Shown here piece by piece: positions 63,326 to 64,000 of a stretch of 64,000 bases of DNA; the stretch's first letter is position 1, and each line of letters begins with the position of its first letter. The position numbers and the translations under genes are program-made. The stretch lies in the NCBI GenBank assembly GCA_963710685.1, contig CAVQBH010000010.1, forward strand, positions 15,204 through 79,203, given 5' to 3'. Origin of the DNA: an uncultured Methanomassiliicoccales archaeon (GTDB lineage: Archaea; Thermoplasmatota; Thermoplasmata; Methanomassiliicoccales; UBA472). The notes beneath the pieces were generated by a model. The model ran no database searches, was not told where the DNA came from, and saw only the letters and a program-made list of their open reading frames with translations.

Positions 63326-64000
63326 ATGCCAAGTTCTTTTGTAAAGGAAGCGCTAGCTAACGCTGGAGTAAAACAACCAGCCGTAAGCACAGAAAACCAG
63401 CAAGCACAGCCAGCCTACCAGCCGCCCGCCCCGGTCTTGAGCGCCTCGGATGAGGAACTGCTCCGGATCGCAGCGTCGTTGGACGTCTGCATCAAGATCA
63501 TCGGATGCGGCGGTGGCGGAAGCAACACCATCAACCGGTGCGTCGACGCCGGGATTTCCGGAGGACAGCTCTGCGCCATCAACACCGACGCCAAGCACCT
63601 GCTGACCATCCGCGCTCCGAAGAAGATCCTGATCGGCAAGTCCAAGACCCGGGGTCTGGGGGCAGGGGCGAGACCGGAGGTCGGAGAGGAGTCCGCCCGC
63701 GAGAACGACAGCGAGATCAGGGACTTCCTGGCCGGGGCTAACATCGTCTTCGTCACGGCGGGCATGGGCGGCGGCACCGGAACCGGATCCGCGCACTACG
63801 TCGCCGGCATCGCCAAGGAGCAGATCCGGGCACTGACCCTGGGCATCGTCACGCTGCCGTTCAAGGCGGAAGGTACGATGCGCATGGAGAACGCGCTCTC
63901 CGGACTGAACAAGCTGAGGCAGGTCTGCGACACCACCATCGTGGTGCCGAACGACAAGCTCCTGGAGATGGTCCCGAAACTGCCGGTGGAAGCGGCGTTC
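63326..64000 (+). CDS. ftsZ: Cell division protein FtsZ (3' end beyond window)
   Basis: Not in the ORF track because it has no stop within the window. Frame is open from ATG 63326: MPSSFVKE ... [16 protein letters not shown] ... [10 protein letters not shown] ... [15 protein letters not shown] ... TLPFKAEG. These are canonical FtsZ/tubulin motifs. Confidence 0.95.
   Translation, partial: MPSSFVKEALANAGVKQPAVSTENQQAQPAYQPPAPVLSASDEELLRIAASLDVCIKIIGCGGGGSNTINRCVDAGISGGQLCAINTDAKHLLTIRAPKKILIGKSKTRGLGAGARPEVGEESARENDSEIRDFLAGANIVFVTAGMGGGTGTGSAHYVAGIAKEQIRALTLGIVTLPFKAEGTMRMENALSGLNKLRQVCDTTIVVPNDKLLEMVPKLPVEAAF

Noticed and set aside
1-64000. Search for mobile elements, prophage, integrase or transposase genes, toxin-antitoxin pairs, restriction-modification or known defence systems.
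   Set aside because: No corresponding motifs were seen in any ORF (no DDE or serine/tyrosine recombinase signatures, no capsid or terminase genes, no methyltransferase/nuclease pairs). The only candidate antitoxin-like gene (DUF5678-like, 55001..55264) has no partner.

Overview
This is a GC-rich 64-kb chromosomal segment from an archaeon. Supporting evidence: archaeal-type SAM synthetase, FEN-1, IleRS, RNase Z, FtsZ, TATA-like promoter boxes close to start codons, and many 1-4 nt gene overlaps. Gene content suggests a Thermoplasmatota/Methanomassiliicoccales-like euryarchaeon, but that is inference only.

About 60 protein genes are supported. I recognised no rRNA, tRNA, CRISPR array, transposase, integrase or prophage.

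**Layout**
- 1-19.5 kb: housekeeping genes (AcnX-type dehydratase pair, ileS, fen, rpe, rnz, SAM synthetase).
- 19.8-25.3 kb: a surface-protein plus ECF-transporter cluster.
- 28-36.5 kb: membrane and zinc-ribbon genes.
- 36.6-47 kb: small redox, transport and miscellaneous genes.
- 47-63 kb: a dense PAS/histidine-kinase signalling island.
- 63.3 kb to the window edge: ftsZ (3' partial).

**Most interesting observations**
1. A tightly coupled five-gene operon (29766-33787). It encodes a helical protein, a YdjI-like SPFH protein with three C-terminal zinc ribbons, and three paralogous zinc-ribbon proteins I cannot assign to a named family. I propose it as a candidate undescribed membrane-associated module.
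2. IleRS carries a ~350-aa C-terminal extension of helix-hairpin-helix motifs, two zinc ribbons and a DUF835-like domain.
3. A DUF4430 / beta-propeller / PKD surface protein and a second DUF4430 protein sit directly in front of a complete ECF transporter. This is a candidate corrinoid-capture system.
4. A stand-alone CarH-type B12-binding module (Wx9EH and ExHxxG motifs) lies between sensor kinases, next to a 2 x ~56-bp tandem repeat.
5. The AcnX small subunit is fused to a Nudix hydrolase.
6. There is a histone-H1-like Lys/Ala-rich protein.

**Caveat:** at least six genes need a +1/-1 frame correction to give a sensible product. For most of them a one-base change in a short (2-4 nt) homopolymer run would restore the frame, so sequencing or assembly indels are the likeliest cause. 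Coordinates of those genes are provisional.

All family assignments come from motif recognition by eye. No searches or computations were run.
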